A stretch of 64,000 nucleotides of DNA from Vicinamibacteria bacterium (GTDB taxonomy: Bacteria; Acidobacteriota; Vicinamibacteria; Fen-336): the NCBI GenBank assembly GCA_036556965.1, contig DATBIO010000289.1:964-64963 (forward strand). Reading direction: 5' to 3'. Positions 27,964-36,747 of this stretch are shown in pieces. The first letter of the stretch is position 1; each line of letters starts with the position of its first letter. The position numbers were made by a program, and so were the translations under genes. Below the pieces are notes generated by a model. That model searched no databases. It was not told the DNA's origin and saw only the letters and a program-made list of their open reading frames with translations.

Positions 27964-30567
27964 GTGGCCGGGCTGATCTGGCCTGGCGCGGCGCCGGCGC
28001 AGCTCGAGCCGACGCACCTCGACCGCGGGGCGGTGGGCCTGGGTCTGGCCCTGCGCCGGCTCGGCACCACCGCCCGTGTCCTCTACGTCACCGCGCACCC
28101 CGACGACGAGCACAACGGGGTGCTCGTGCGCCTCGCGCGCGGGCGCGGCCTGCGCACCGCCCTCTTCACCCTCACGCGCGGCGAGGGGGGCCAGAACGAG
28201 GTCGGGCCCGAGCTCTTCGACGCGCTGGGCGTGCTGCGCACGGAGGAGCTGCTGGCCGTCCACCGCCACGACGGGGTGGAGCAGCTCTTCGGGAACGCCT
28301 ACGAGTTCGGCTACTCGTACAGCGTGGAGGAGAGCTTCGCGCGCTGGGGCAAGGAGGAGACCCTCGGCGACGTGGTGGGCGCGGTGCGCGCCTTCCGCCC
28401 CGACGTCATCCTGACCCTGGGCCTGGACGCGCAGGCGGGCGGGCTGCACCACCAGGCCGCGGCGCGCCTCGCCGTCCTGGCCTTCCGCGCCGCCGCCGAC
28501 CCCGCGCGCTTCCCGGAGCAGATCCGCGACGGCCTCCGTCCCTGGCAGGCGCGCAAGGTGTACCAGGGCGGCGTGGGCGGCTCGTCCTTCACGGGAGCGG
28601 GGGCGGCGGTGGCGGAGCCGACCGGCGACTACGATCCCCTGCTCGGCATGTCCCCCCAGGAGCTGGGCAGTCGCGCCCGCACCGCGCACCGCTCGCAGCG
28701 CGTGCGGCATCTCTTCGTGCGGCCGGGCCCTGCGTCCGGCACCTACTCCCTGGTGGACAGCGAGCCCGTGGTGCGCTGGCCGGAGGCGGACATCCTTCAA
28801 GGCATCGACGCCTCGCTGGCCGGGCTCGCCCGCTTCGCGGGCGCGGAGGCGCCCTCGTCGGTCGAGCTGGGGGAGCCCCTGCGCGGGCTCCAGGGGGAGG
28901 CGGACGCGGCGCGCGCGTCCTTCGATGCGCAGGCGCCCGGGAAGTCGGCGGGGCCGGTGGCCGCCTACCTCGCGCGCGTCCGCCAGGCCCGGGCCGACCT
29001 GCGCGCCCGCGGCGCCCCCGCGGACATCCTCGAGCGCCTGGACGACGAGGAGGGCGACGCCATGGCCGCCTTGGCCCTCGCCCACGGTTTCGACGGCGAG
29101 GCGGTGACCGAGGACCCGCTCGTGGTCCCCGGCCAGCGCGTGGTGGTCGGTACGCGCCTGTGGAACCAGGGCACGGCGCCGCTGGCCGTGGAGGAGTGGC
29201 GCCTGGAGGCGGCGTCCGGCTGGGCGGTGGAGAGGCTCGAAGGAGCGGAGGCGCCGCTGGCCCCGGGACAGACGGCGAGCGCGCGGTTCGCCCTCACCGT
29301 GGCTCCCCAGGCGCGGCCCACGCAGCCCTACTGGCACAAGGACCCCGCTCGTGACCGCAACGTCCTCGACGTCCCCGCCTGCCGGAGCCTGCCCTTCTGC
29401 CCGCCCGTGGCGCGCATGGTCGTTTCCTTCCGGTCGGGGGAGACCTCCGCCCTCCTGTCGCGGCCCGTGCTCTGGCGCGGGCAGGGCGCGGCCGGAGGCG
29501 AGGCCCAGGCGGAGCTCAACGTGGTGCCCGCGCTCGACGTGCGGATGACCCCCGCCGTGCTGGTTGCCGCGGGAAGAGCGCCGCTCACTCTCACCGTCAC
29601 CGTGGTGAACAACCGCCCGGGCCCGGCGGCGGCCCGGGTGCGCGTCGTGTCCCCCGCCGGCTGGCGCGCGGAGCCCCCCGACGCGCCGCTCTCCTTCCGG
29701 CGCGAGGGCGAGACGCTGGCCACGCGCTTCTCCCTGAGGGGACCGGCGCGGCCGCCGCCGGGGGCCCTGGCCGTCGGCGCCCTGGCCGAGCTGGAGGGCC
29801 GCTCCCACGGCGAAGGCGCCCAGGTCGTGGCCTACCCCCACGTGCAGGAGCGCCGGTTGTACCGCCCGGCCTCGGCGCGCCTGCTCGTCCTCCCCGTGGC
29901 CGTGCGCCCACGCGTGTCGGCGGGGTACGTGATGGGCACCGGCGACGACGTCCCCGCGGCGCTCGCCCAGCTCGGCGTGCCCGTGACCCTCCTGGACGCC
30001 GACGCCCTGGCCTTCGGCGACCTGCGCCGCTTCACCACCATCGTGCTCGGCGTGCGCGCCTACGAGCGCGCGGACGTCCGTGCGAACCAGGGGCGGCTCA
30101 TGGCCTACGTCGAGCGGGGGGGAAACCTCGTCGTCCAGTACAACCGCGTGGACTTCAACTTCGCCGGGCGGCCGCCCCTCCGCCTGCCCGACCCTCTCCC
30201 CGACAGCCCCTTCGCGCCGTACCCGGCCGCGGTCTCGGGACGCCGTGTCACCGACGAGACGGCCCCGGTGAAGTCCCTCCTGCCCGCGCACCCCTTGCTG
30301 ACCACGCCCAACGTCCTGGACGGGGCGGACTGGGAGGGCTGGGTGCAGGAGCGGGGACTGCAGTTCCTGGACGCGCGCGACGCGCGCTACCGCAACCTGC
30401 TCTCGATGCGCGATCCCTTTCCCCTGAACGCCGACGAGCACGAGGGCGCGCTGGTGGAGGCCACCGTGGGGCGCGGAACCTGGACCTACGTCGGCTTCGG
30501 CCTCTTCCGCCAGCTCCCCGCCGGCGTGCCCGGCGCCTACCGGCTCCTGGCCAACCTCGTCCGCTGA
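27964..30567 (+). CDS. PIG-L/LmbE-family N-acetylglucosaminyl deacetylase fused to a large C-terminal domain (ThuA/class-I amidotransferase-like).
   Basis: ARVLYVTAHPDDEHNG is the PIG-L zinc motif (HPDDE). 867 aa. A possible true start is CTG 27937 (KRAALGAVVAGLIWPGAAPAQ is signal-like). Confidence 0.7.
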   Translation: MAGLIWPGAAPAQLEPTHLDRGAVGLGLALRRLGTTARVLYVTAHPDDEHNGVLVRLARGRGLRTALFTLTRGEGGQNEVGPELFDALGVLRTEELLAVHRHDGVEQLFGNAYEFGYSYSVEESFARWGKEETLGDVVGAVRAFRPDVILTLGLDAQAGGLHHQAAARLAVLAFRAAADPARFPEQIRDGLRPWQARKVYQGGVGGSSFTGAGAAVAEPTGDYDPLLGMSPQELGSRARTAHRSQRVRHLFVRPGPASGTYSLVDSEPVVRWPEADILQGIDASLAGLARFAGAEAPSSVELGEPLRGLQGEADAARASFDAQAPGKSAGPVAAYLARVRQARADLRARGAPADILERLDDEEGDAMAALALAHGFDGEAVTEDPLVVPGQRVVVGTRLWNQGTAPLAVEEWRLEAASGWAVERLEGAEAPLAPGQTASARFALTVAPQARPTQPYWHKDPARDRNVLDVPACRSLPFCPPVARMVVSFRSGETSALLSRPVLWRGQGAAGGEAQAELNVVPALDVRMTPAVLVAAGRAPLTLTVTVVNNRPGPAAARVRVVSPAGWRAEPPDAPLSFRREGETLATRFSLRGPARPPPGALAVGALAELEGRSHGEGAQVVAYPHVQERRLYRPASARLLVLPVAVRPRVSAGYVMGTGDDVPAALAQLGVPVTLLDADALAFGDLRRFTTIVLGVRAYERADVRANQGRLMAYVERGGNLVVQYNRVDFNFAGRPPLRLPDPLPDSPFAPYPAAVSGRRVTDETAPVKSLLPAHPLLTTPNVLDGADWEGWVQERGLQFLDARDARYRNLLSMRDPFPLNADEHEGALVEATVGRGTWTYVGFGLFRQLPAGVPGAYRLLANLVR

Positions 30568-30583
30568 GGGACCGGGTCTCGAC

Positions 30584-31801
30584 CTAGCGCCGCAGGCGGC
30601 GGCTGCCCTTGCCGTCCCCGACCGCGGGCGGCGGTCCGCCCGGTCGCGGCAGCAGGCTGGCGCGGCGCAGGGCGTCCTCGCCGAAGCGCCTGGCCACCAC
30701 GTCGCGCACGCGGTCGGCCGCGCCCGGCGCCGGGGGGAACAGGTCGAGCTGCGGCGCGCCGAAGTTCGAGGCGGACACTCCCAGCAGGCGCACGCGCCGC
30801 TCCCCGTGCGCGCGGGCGAAGAGGGCGGAGGCCGCGGAGAAGAGCACGTCACCGGCATCGGTCGGCTCGTCCAGGGTGAGGGCGCGGGTGATGGTGCGGA
30901 AGTCCTCGTCGCGGTACTTCAGGGTCACGGTGCGCCCGCGCACGCCGTGGCCGCGCAGGCGGCGCGCCACCCCGTCGCACAGCTCCAGCAGCGTCTGCCG
31001 CAGGCGCTCGCGGTCGGCGGTGTCGGTATCGAAGGTGTGCTCGTGGCCGATGCTCTTGGCGTCCGCGGAGTCGCCGAGCACGGGCCGTTCGTCGAGGCCC
31101 TGGGCCAGGGTGACGAGGTCGTGCCCGTGCGTGCCCAGCCGGCGCTCCAGGCGCGCAAGGTCCAGCGCGGCCAGGGCCCCGATGGTCGTCACTCCCAGCT
31201 TCATCAGGGTCTCTTCCGTCTTGGGCCCGACTCCCCACAGCCGGCGGATGGGAAGGGGGGCCAGGAAGGCGGCCTCCGTGCCCGGCTCCACCACCACCAG
31301 CCCGTCGGGCTTGCGCATCTCGGACGCGATCTTCGCCACCAGCTTCGAGGTGGCCAGGCCCACGGATGCGGTCAGGCCGCCCGTCTCGTCGCGCACGGCG
31401 TCCTTCAGGGCGCGGGCGATGGTCTCCCCGTCGCCCAGGGCCCGCCGGCTGTGGGTGACGTCGAGGAACGCCTCGTCGATGGACAGCGGCTCCACCTGGT
31501 CGGTGAAGCGACGGAGGATGGCCATCACCTGCGTGGAGACGGCCGCGTACTTCTCCATGTCCGGGCGCACGTAGACGCCCCGGGGGCAGCGGCGCCAGGC
31601 CTCCGAGATGGGCATGGCGCTGGCCACGCCGAACCGGCGCGCCTCGTAGGAGGCGGTGGCCACCACGCCGCGGCCCCTGCCCCCCCGCGGGTCGGCCCCC
31701 ACGATGACCGGCTTGCCGCGCAGCTCCGGGCGGTCCCGCTGCTCGATGGCGGCGTAGAAGGCGTCCATGTCCACGTGGAGGACGGCGCGCGGCATGGGCA
31801 C
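30584..31801 (-). CDS. dinB: DNA polymerase IV (Y-family).
   Basis: VLHVDMDAFYAAIEQRDRPELRGKPVIVGA ... SIDEAFLDVT are Y-family polymerase motifs. Confidence 0.9.
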   Translation of the reverse strand: MPMPRAVLHVDMDAFYAAIEQRDRPELRGKPVIVGADPRGGRGRGVVATASYEARRFGVASAMPISEAWRRCPRGVYVRPDMEKYAAVSTQVMAILRRFTDQVEPLSIDEAFLDVTHSRRALGDGETIARALKDAVRDETGGLTASVGLATSKLVAKIASEMRKPDGLVVVEPGTEAAFLAPLPIRRLWGVGPKTEETLMKLGVTTIGALAALDLARLERRLGTHGHDLVTLAQGLDERPVLGDSADAKSIGHEHTFDTDTADRERLRQTLLELCDGVARRLRGHGVRGRTVTLKYRDEDFRTITRALTLDEPTDAGDVLFSAASALFARAHGERRVRLLGVSASNFGAPQLDLFPPAPGAADRVRDVVARRFGEDALRRASLLPRPGGPPPAVGDGKGSRRLRR

Positions 31802-31825
31802 GATTCTAGGGAGGCGGCCGGGCGT

Positions 31826-32104
31826 CTAGTGTCCGAACGTCCGGCAGGCGTGGCTCTGCACGCACGGCTTGTCCGGCTCCATGAGGCAGCGCTCGCCTCC
31901 GCTCCCGGGACCCAGCACCTGGAGGGCGGGGTGGGTGTGGAGGTGAAGGACCGGGGTCCCCGCGGGGGCCGACCGCTGCTGCAGGCCCGCCACCGCCGCC
32001 TCCAGGGCGGCCACGCGCGTCTCCAGGTCGCCGGGGGCGCGCGGCGTCCCCGCCACCTGGGAGAGGACCTCGTCGCGCAGCTTCTGGATCCGGCTCTCGT
32101 CCAC
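31826..32104 (-). CDS. Small hypothetical protein with N-terminal amphipathic helices and a C-terminal Cys/His-rich motif. Possible BMC cargo or accessory.
   Basis: 92 aa. SRIQKLRDEVLSQVAG and LETRVAALEAAVAGLQ are amphipathic. The C-terminus is HLHTHP...CLMEPDKPCVQSHACRTFGH. It lies immediately downstream of the BMC-P genes on the same strand. Confidence 0.4.
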   Translation of the reverse strand: MDESRIQKLRDEVLSQVAGTPRAPGDLETRVAALEAAVAGLQQRSAPAGTPVLHLHTHPALQVLGPGSGGERCLMEPDKPCVQSHACRTFGH

Positions 32105-32113
32105 GTCCCGATC

Positions 32114-32383
32114 CTACGCCCGCTCCACGGCGTCCACCACGCCCAGGACGGCGGCGTCCACCGCGGCCAGGCCGCGGTTCAGCACCTGCATGGCCGACTT
32201 GCCGTCCATGGTGAGGAGGACGCGGTCGCCGAGGCCGGCGTCCACGCCGTCCACCGCCACCACCACGCCGCCGCGCTCGTTGCCGTCCAGGTCGAGGGGC
32301 TGGACGAGCAGGAGCTTGGCCCCCTCGAGCTTCGCGTTCTTCTGCGTGGCCACCACGTTGCCCACCACCCTGCCGATCAGCAT
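32114..32383 (-). CDS. BMC vertex protein (BMC-P, EutN/CcmL family), copy 3.
   Basis: MLIGRVVGNVVATQKNAKLEGAKLLLVQP...VAVDGVDAGLGDRVLL is the Pfam EutN_CcmL pattern. Confidence 0.85.
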   Translation of the reverse strand: MLIGRVVGNVVATQKNAKLEGAKLLLVQPLDLDGNERGGVVVAVDGVDAGLGDRVLLTMDGKSAMQVLNRGLAAVDAAVLGVVDAVERA

Positions 32384-32386
32384 CCG

Positions 32387-32653
32387 CTACCCGCGGTGCC
32401 AGTGGTCCACGATGGCCACGATGGCGGCATCCGTGGGCACCTCCCTGGGCAGGAAGGGCAGGGCGGCCTCGCGGCCGCGCACGTAGAAGACGTCTTCCCC
32501 CGCTCCCGCCCCCACGGAGTCCACCGCCACCAGCGGCCTTCCCGACGGGGACCGGTCGGTGTTGAGGGGCTGGATCACGAGCAGGGTCGTGTCCGCGAGG
32601 CCCGGGTCCTTGCGCGTGCAGACCACGGTGCCGGCGACGCGCGCCAGCAGCAT
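32387..32653 (-). CDS. BMC vertex protein (BMC-P, EutN/CcmL family), copy 2.
   Basis: MLLARVAGTVVCTRKDPGLADTTLLVIQP...VAVDSVGAGAGEDVFYV. Confidence 0.85.
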   Translation of the reverse strand: MLLARVAGTVVCTRKDPGLADTTLLVIQPLNTDRSPSGRPLVAVDSVGAGAGEDVFYVRGREAALPFLPREVPTDAAIVAIVDHWHRG

Positions 32654-32919
32654 CAGGCCATCTCGACGGTGTCGATGACGCCCACGATGGCCGCGTCCAC
32701 CGGGCAGTCCTTCTGCCCGACGGCCATGCGCGCGGAGGACCCGCTGACGATCAGCACCCGGTCGCCGAAGCCGGCGTCCACCGTGTCCACCGCCACCACG
32801 TAGGCGGGCTCGTCCTTGCCGGACGGGTCGGTGGTGCGCGCCACCAGGAGCTTCGCTCCCACCAGCTTGTCGTCCTTGCGGGTGGCGACAACCGTGCCGA
32901 CCACCCGAGCCAGGAGCAT
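32653..32919 (-). CDS. BMC vertex protein (BMC-P, EutN/CcmL family), copy 1.
   Basis: MLLARVVGTVVATRKDDKLVGAKLLVAR...VAVDTVDAGFGDRVLIV. 1-nt overlap with copy 2. Confidence 0.85.
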   Translation of the reverse strand: MLLARVVGTVVATRKDDKLVGAKLLVARTTDPSGKDEPAYVVAVDTVDAGFGDRVLIVSGSSARMAVGQKDCPVDAAIVGVIDTVEMA

Positions 32920-32932
32920 GACGGCCGAGCGC

Positions 32933-33217
32933 TTACTTGGAGCCCTTGCCGATGGGCAGCACGTCCTCGAGGTTGGCGTGGGGCCGCGGAATCACGTGCA
33001 CCGACACCAGCTCGCCCACCCGCCGCGCGGCCGCCGCCCCCGCGTCGGTGGCGGCCTTCACCGCGGCCACGTCCCCGCGCACGAGGGCCGTCACGTAGCC
33101 CGACCCGATCTTCTCGTAGCCCACCAGCGTCACCTTGGCCGCCTTCACCATGGCGTCGGCGGCCTCGATCATGGCCACCAGACCCCTGGTCTCGATCATC
33201 CCCAGCGCTTCGCCCAT
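32933..33217 (-). CDS. BMC hexamer shell protein (BMC-H, PduA/CcmK family).
   Basis: [80 protein letters not shown] is near-identical in pattern to PduA and to Haliangium-type BMC-H. Confidence 0.9.
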   Translation of the reverse strand: MGEALGMIETRGLVAMIEAADAMVKAAKVTLVGYEKIGSGYVTALVRGDVAAVKAATDAGAAAARRVGELVSVHVIPRPHANLEDVLPIGKGSK

Positions 33218-33293
33218 GGTGCCTCCCTCAAACCGCGGCCACGTCGTTTTGCGAGAGCCTGACTCTGGCGCGCCGGCGCCGGCAAGTCAAGCC

Positions 33294-34040
33294 TCAGCGG
33301 CGGAAGCGCTCGACGGCCTCCGTCACCAGACGGACCAGCTCCGCGCGCGAGAGCACGACGTCCCCGGCCGCGGCCATGGCCTCCGGAGCGCACACGGGAG
33401 GAGGGTAGCCGGCGCGGGCCTGGGCCGCGCGCAGGCGCTCGACGTCACCCTGGTCGAGGGCCATGTCGCGCCCGAGCAGGCGGGTGACCAGGCTGACCCG
33501 CGCCACCTGCTCGAGGGTCTCCATCCGCTCCCAGGCCCGGAAGACGTCCTCCCCCACCGCCAGCGCGCCGTGGTTGGCCATGAGCACGGCCTGCGCCTCG
33601 CAGATGGCGGCGGACACGTTGTCGGCCAGCTCGGTGGTGGAGGGCATTCCGTAGGGGATGACGGGCACCGGGCCCAGGGTCACCACCGCCTCCGCGGTGA
33701 GGGGCCGGTCGAGGGGGATGCCCGCCACGGCGAAGCCGGTGGCGGTGGGGGGGTGAGCGTGCACCACGGCCTGGACGTCCGGCCGCCGGCGGTACACGGC
33801 CAGGTGCATGAGGATCTCCGTCGACGCGCGCCCGCCGTCCAGGGGCCGGCCCTCGAGGTCGGTGCGCACGATGCGGTCGCTGGAGAGGAACCCCTTGCAG
33901 GTGGCGGCGGGCGTCACCAGGAGGGCGGAGCCGACGCGCACGGAGACGTTGCCCTCGTTGCCGCCGATGAGGCCGCGCGCGTAGAGGCGCCGTCCCACCT
34001 CCACGATGTCCGCCCGCGCCTGCGCCTCGAGCAGGCTCAC
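33294..34040 (-). CDS. Class II aldolase/adducin-family protein (fuculose/rhamnulose-1-P aldolase-like) with a C-terminal encapsulation-peptide-like helix.
   Basis: NEGNVSVR, LMHLAVY and VVHAHPP are class II aldolase Zn ligands. The C-terminal about 20 aa, LSRAELVRLVTEAVERFRR, form an amphipathic helix after a Pro/Ala linker. Confidence 0.85.
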   Translation of the reverse strand: MSLLEAQARADIVEVGRRLYARGLIGGNEGNVSVRVGSALLVTPAATCKGFLSSDRIVRTDLEGRPLDGGRASTEILMHLAVYRRRPDVQAVVHAHPPTATGFAVAGIPLDRPLTAEAVVTLGPVPVIPYGMPSTTELADNVSAAICEAQAVLMANHGALAVGEDVFRAWERMETLEQVARVSLVTRLLGRDMALDQGDVERLRAAQARAGYPPPVCAPEAMAAAGDVVLSRAELVRLVTEAVERFRR

Positions 34041-34327
34041 GGGGCGGGCAGCAGCGGGAACGCGCGGTCGCGGCAGGCGGCGGAGCAGAAGTACTCGTCG
34101 CGCCCGCCGATGGTGGCCACCAGCGCGCGCGCACGGGGCACGAAGGTGTTGCAGACGCGGTCGCGCACCATGTCCACGCCCGCGGAGGCGGGCTCCACCA
34201 GGCCCTGCAGCAGGCCCTGCGTGAAGCGCGCGAGCAGCCGGGCCAGCAGGAGGAGCGAGACCACGCGCAGCAGGATCGAGAGCAGCATCGAGCCCGCAGG
34301 ATAGTGCCCGCTCTCGGCGGGCGTCAA
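34037..34327 (-). CDS. Small membrane-anchored YHS/TRASH-like metal-binding domain protein.
   Basis: TM helix LLSILLRVVSLLLLARLLA, then DRVCNTFVPRARALVATIGGRDEYFCSAACRDRA (the YHS pattern D-x-V-C...Y-F-C-S..C). ATGA-type overlap with the aldolase start. Confidence 0.5.
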   Translation of the reverse strand: MTPAESGHYPAGSMLLSILLRVVSLLLLARLLARFTQGLLQGLVEPASAGVDMVRDRVCNTFVPRARALVATIGGRDEYFCSAACRDRAFPLLPAP

Positions 34328-34353
34328 CGCTTCCCGGAGGGAGGGGGGCCGGC

Positions 34354-35544
34354 TCAGCGCTCGTCCAGGGGCACGTAGCGGACGTCGCGGGGTCCGATGT
34401 ACTCGCTCTCCGGCCGGATGAGCTTGTTGTTGGCCGCCTGCTCGAGGGCGTGGGCCGTCCAGCCCGCCATGCGCGACACGGCGAAGATGGGGGTGAAGAG
34501 GTCGGTGGGGATGCCCATCACGTGGTACAGCGACGCGGAGTAGAGGTCCACGTTGGCGTAGAGCCCCTTGGCCTCGCGCACCAGCGCCTCCACGCGGGAG
34601 GTCATCTCGAACCAGCGCGTGTCGCGCGCCTCCTCGCCCATCTGGCGGGCCAGCCGGCGGAGGTGGGTGGCGCGCGGGTCCTCCGTGCGGTAGACGGCGT
34701 GGCCGAAGCCCATCACCTTGCGGCGCGCGGCCAGGGCCTCCGTGATCCAGCCCTCCGTGCGCTCCACCGCGCCGATGCGCTCCAGCATCTGCATGACCGC
34801 CTCGTTGGCCCCGCCGTGCAGGGGACCCTTGAGGGTGCAGACGGCGGCGGTGACGGCGCCGTGCAGGTCGGCCAGGGTGGAGGCGGCCACGCGCGCGGTG
34901 AAGGTGGAGGCGTTGAACTCGTGGTCGGCGTGGAGGATGAGGGCCACGTCCATGGCCCGCTCCGCGCTGGGGCGCGGGCGCTCGCCCCCGAGCATGTAGA
35001 GGAAGTTGGCGGCGTGGCCCAGCTGCGCGTCGGGGCTCACGGGGATGCGGCCCCCCCGGATGCGGTCGATGGCCGCCACCAGGGTGGCCGTCTGCGCCAC
35101 CAGCCGCACCGCCTTGCGCGGTCGCGCCTCCTCCCCGTCGTCGCCCGCGTCGGGGTCGAAGGATCCGAGGGCGGAGAGGCCGGTGCGCAGCGCGTCCATG
35201 GGGTGGGCGGAGCGGGGCAGGCCGCGCAGGATGCCGTAGACCTCGTCGGGGACGGCGCGCGCCCGCGCCAGCTCGGCGCGGAAGGCCTGGAGCTGGGGGC
35301 GGGTGGGGAGCCCCCCGCGGTGGAGGAGGTAGACCGTCTCCTCGAAGGTGCTGTGCTCGGCCAGCTCGTGGATGTCGATGCCGCGGTAGCTGAGCACCCC
35401 CCGCGCGCCGTCGATGGTGCAGACCGCGCTCTGGCCCGCGACCACGTTGCGCAGCCCGGCCGCCTGCTCCTTCACCGCCTCCGCCATGCCGCCGTGCCTC
35501 CCCGTCGCTGAACGATTATTCAGACCGGAGACGGGGCGGGTCAA
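34354..35544 (-). CDS. gltA: Citrate synthase (type I / 2-methylcitrate synthase-like). The start may be the internal ATG near 35487.
   Basis: GIDIHELAEHSTFEETVYLL ... HADHEFNASTFTARV ... GFGHAVY...DPRA are citrate synthase catalytic His/Asp blocks. Confidence 0.85.
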   Translation of the reverse strand: MTRPVSGLNNRSATGRHGGMAEAVKEQAAGLRNVVAGQSAVCTIDGARGVLSYRGIDIHELAEHSTFEETVYLLHRGGLPTRPQLQAFRAELARARAVPDEVYGILRGLPRSAHPMDALRTGLSALGSFDPDAGDDGEEARPRKAVRLVAQTATLVAAIDRIRGGRIPVSPDAQLGHAANFLYMLGGERPRPSAERAMDVALILHADHEFNASTFTARVAASTLADLHGAVTAAVCTLKGPLHGGANEAVMQMLERIGAVERTEGWITEALAARRKVMGFGHAVYRTEDPRATHLRRLARQMGEEARDTRWFEMTSRVEALVREAKGLYANVDLYSASLYHVMGIPTDLFTPIFAVSRMAGWTAHALEQAANNKLIRPESEYIGPRDVRYVPLDER

Positions 35545-35579
35545 GCCGGGATTACAATCGCGGCCACCGCGGAGGGCGC

Positions 35580-36041
35580 ATGATCCGCCTGCAGCGCATC
35601 CTGGTCCCCACCGACTTCTCGGAGAGCGCGCGCCTGGCCTTCCGCTACGGGCTGTCCTTCGCCGAGGAGTACGGGGCGGAGCTGCTCATCCTCCACGTGG
35701 TGGAGGTGCTGCCCGGCGGCTACGCGGCCGACCTCTTCCCCGTGCCCATGGCCGAGGTCTTCCGCGAGGTCTCCGCCTACGCCCAGGGGGAGGTGGGGCG
35801 GCTGGCCGAGGCCGCCGCCGCGCGCGCGGTGGCCGCGCGCACGCTGGTCGCGCACGGCAAGCCGGCGGGGGAGATCGTGCGCGTGGCCCGCGAGGAGCAG
35901 GTGGACATGATCGTGCTGGGCACGCACGGCAAGGGCCTCCTCGACACCGCCCTCTTCGGCTCCACCACCGAGCGCGTGGTGCGCAAGGCGCCCTGTCCCG
36001 TCCTCACCTGCCGGCCCGCCGAGCACGACTTCGTGGACTGA
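35580..36041 (+). CDS. Universal stress protein UspA family.
   Basis: ILVPTDFSESARLAFRYG...MIVLGTHGKGLLDTALFGSTTERVVRKAPCPVL. Confidence 0.85.
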   Translation: MIRLQRILVPTDFSESARLAFRYGLSFAEEYGAELLILHVVEVLPGGYAADLFPVPMAEVFREVSAYAQGEVGRLAEAAAARAVAARTLVAHGKPAGEIVRVAREEQVDMIVLGTHGKGLLDTALFGSTTERVVRKAPCPVLTCRPAEHDFVD

Positions 36042-36043
36042 CC

Positions 36044-36682
36044 TCAGTTCGCTCCCGCCCCCGCGCCCGCGGCGGGGGCCAGGTGGTCCAGGGTGACGGT
36101 GACGAACCCGAGGCTCGCCACGCCCGCGCAGCCCAGGACGACCGTCTGGTCGGGCCGCCTCCACACGACCTCCTCGCCCTTGAGCGACGCTCCCGTGGCG
36201 CGCCGCTGGTCGGGCGCGGAGTAGCGCTCGCTGAGCGCCTTCTCCAGGTCGGAGCAGGTCGCCGGCCCCGGCTTGAGGGCGGTGAGGTGGACGCGGTTGA
36301 GCGCGTTCTTCTCGAACCCGAACAGCACGCGGAAGGTGGCGCCGTCGGCCTCGTAGGCGGGGATGGAGAGGTCGCTCACGCCCGCGGGCAGCATGGAGTC
36401 GTGCTGGGGCTGGGCGAAGCCCGCCGGCTTGCCGCGCTGCGCCTCGCGGGGGAACGCGGCCATCACCTGGGCGCGCGTCATCCCCCAGCGCGCCTCCCTC
36501 CACACGGCGGGCGGGGTGGGCGACGGCACCGGGCTGGGAGACGCGGGCAGCGTCGTGGGGGCGGGCGCGGTGGTGGCCGGGGCCTGCTGCGCGACGGGGG
36601 GCGGCTCGGCCTTCTTCGTGCAGGCGGCAGGCAGGAAGGAGGCCGCCACGAGGGGGAGGGCCACGCGACGCGGATGCTTCAT
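36044..36682 (-). CDS. Lipoprotein, hypothetical.
   Basis: MKHPRRVALPLVAASFLPAAC has a lipobox, then a Pro/Thr/Ala-rich linker. Confidence 0.55.
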   Translation of the reverse strand: MKHPRRVALPLVAASFLPAACTKKAEPPPVAQQAPATTAPAPTTLPASPSPVPSPTPPAVWREARWGMTRAQVMAAFPREAQRGKPAGFAQPQHDSMLPAGVSDLSIPAYEADGATFRVLFGFEKNALNRVHLTALKPGPATCSDLEKALSERYSAPDQRRATGASLKGEEVVWRRPDQTVVLGCAGVASLGFVTVTLDHLAPAAGAGAGAN

Positions 36683-36747
36683 GGCCGCCGAGCCTACCCC
36701 CACTGCGGCGTTCCGGGAACCCCCGCGGGCGCCTTCCCCGGCGGGGG

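Noticed and set aside
31802-31825. dinB as part of the BMC operon (DNA repair linked to the microcompartment)
   Set aside because: dinB is co-oriented and only 24 nt downstream of the small Cys/His protein, so read-through is possible. A functional link between a Y-family polymerase and a BMC has no precedent. It is more likely an adjacent housekeeping gene.
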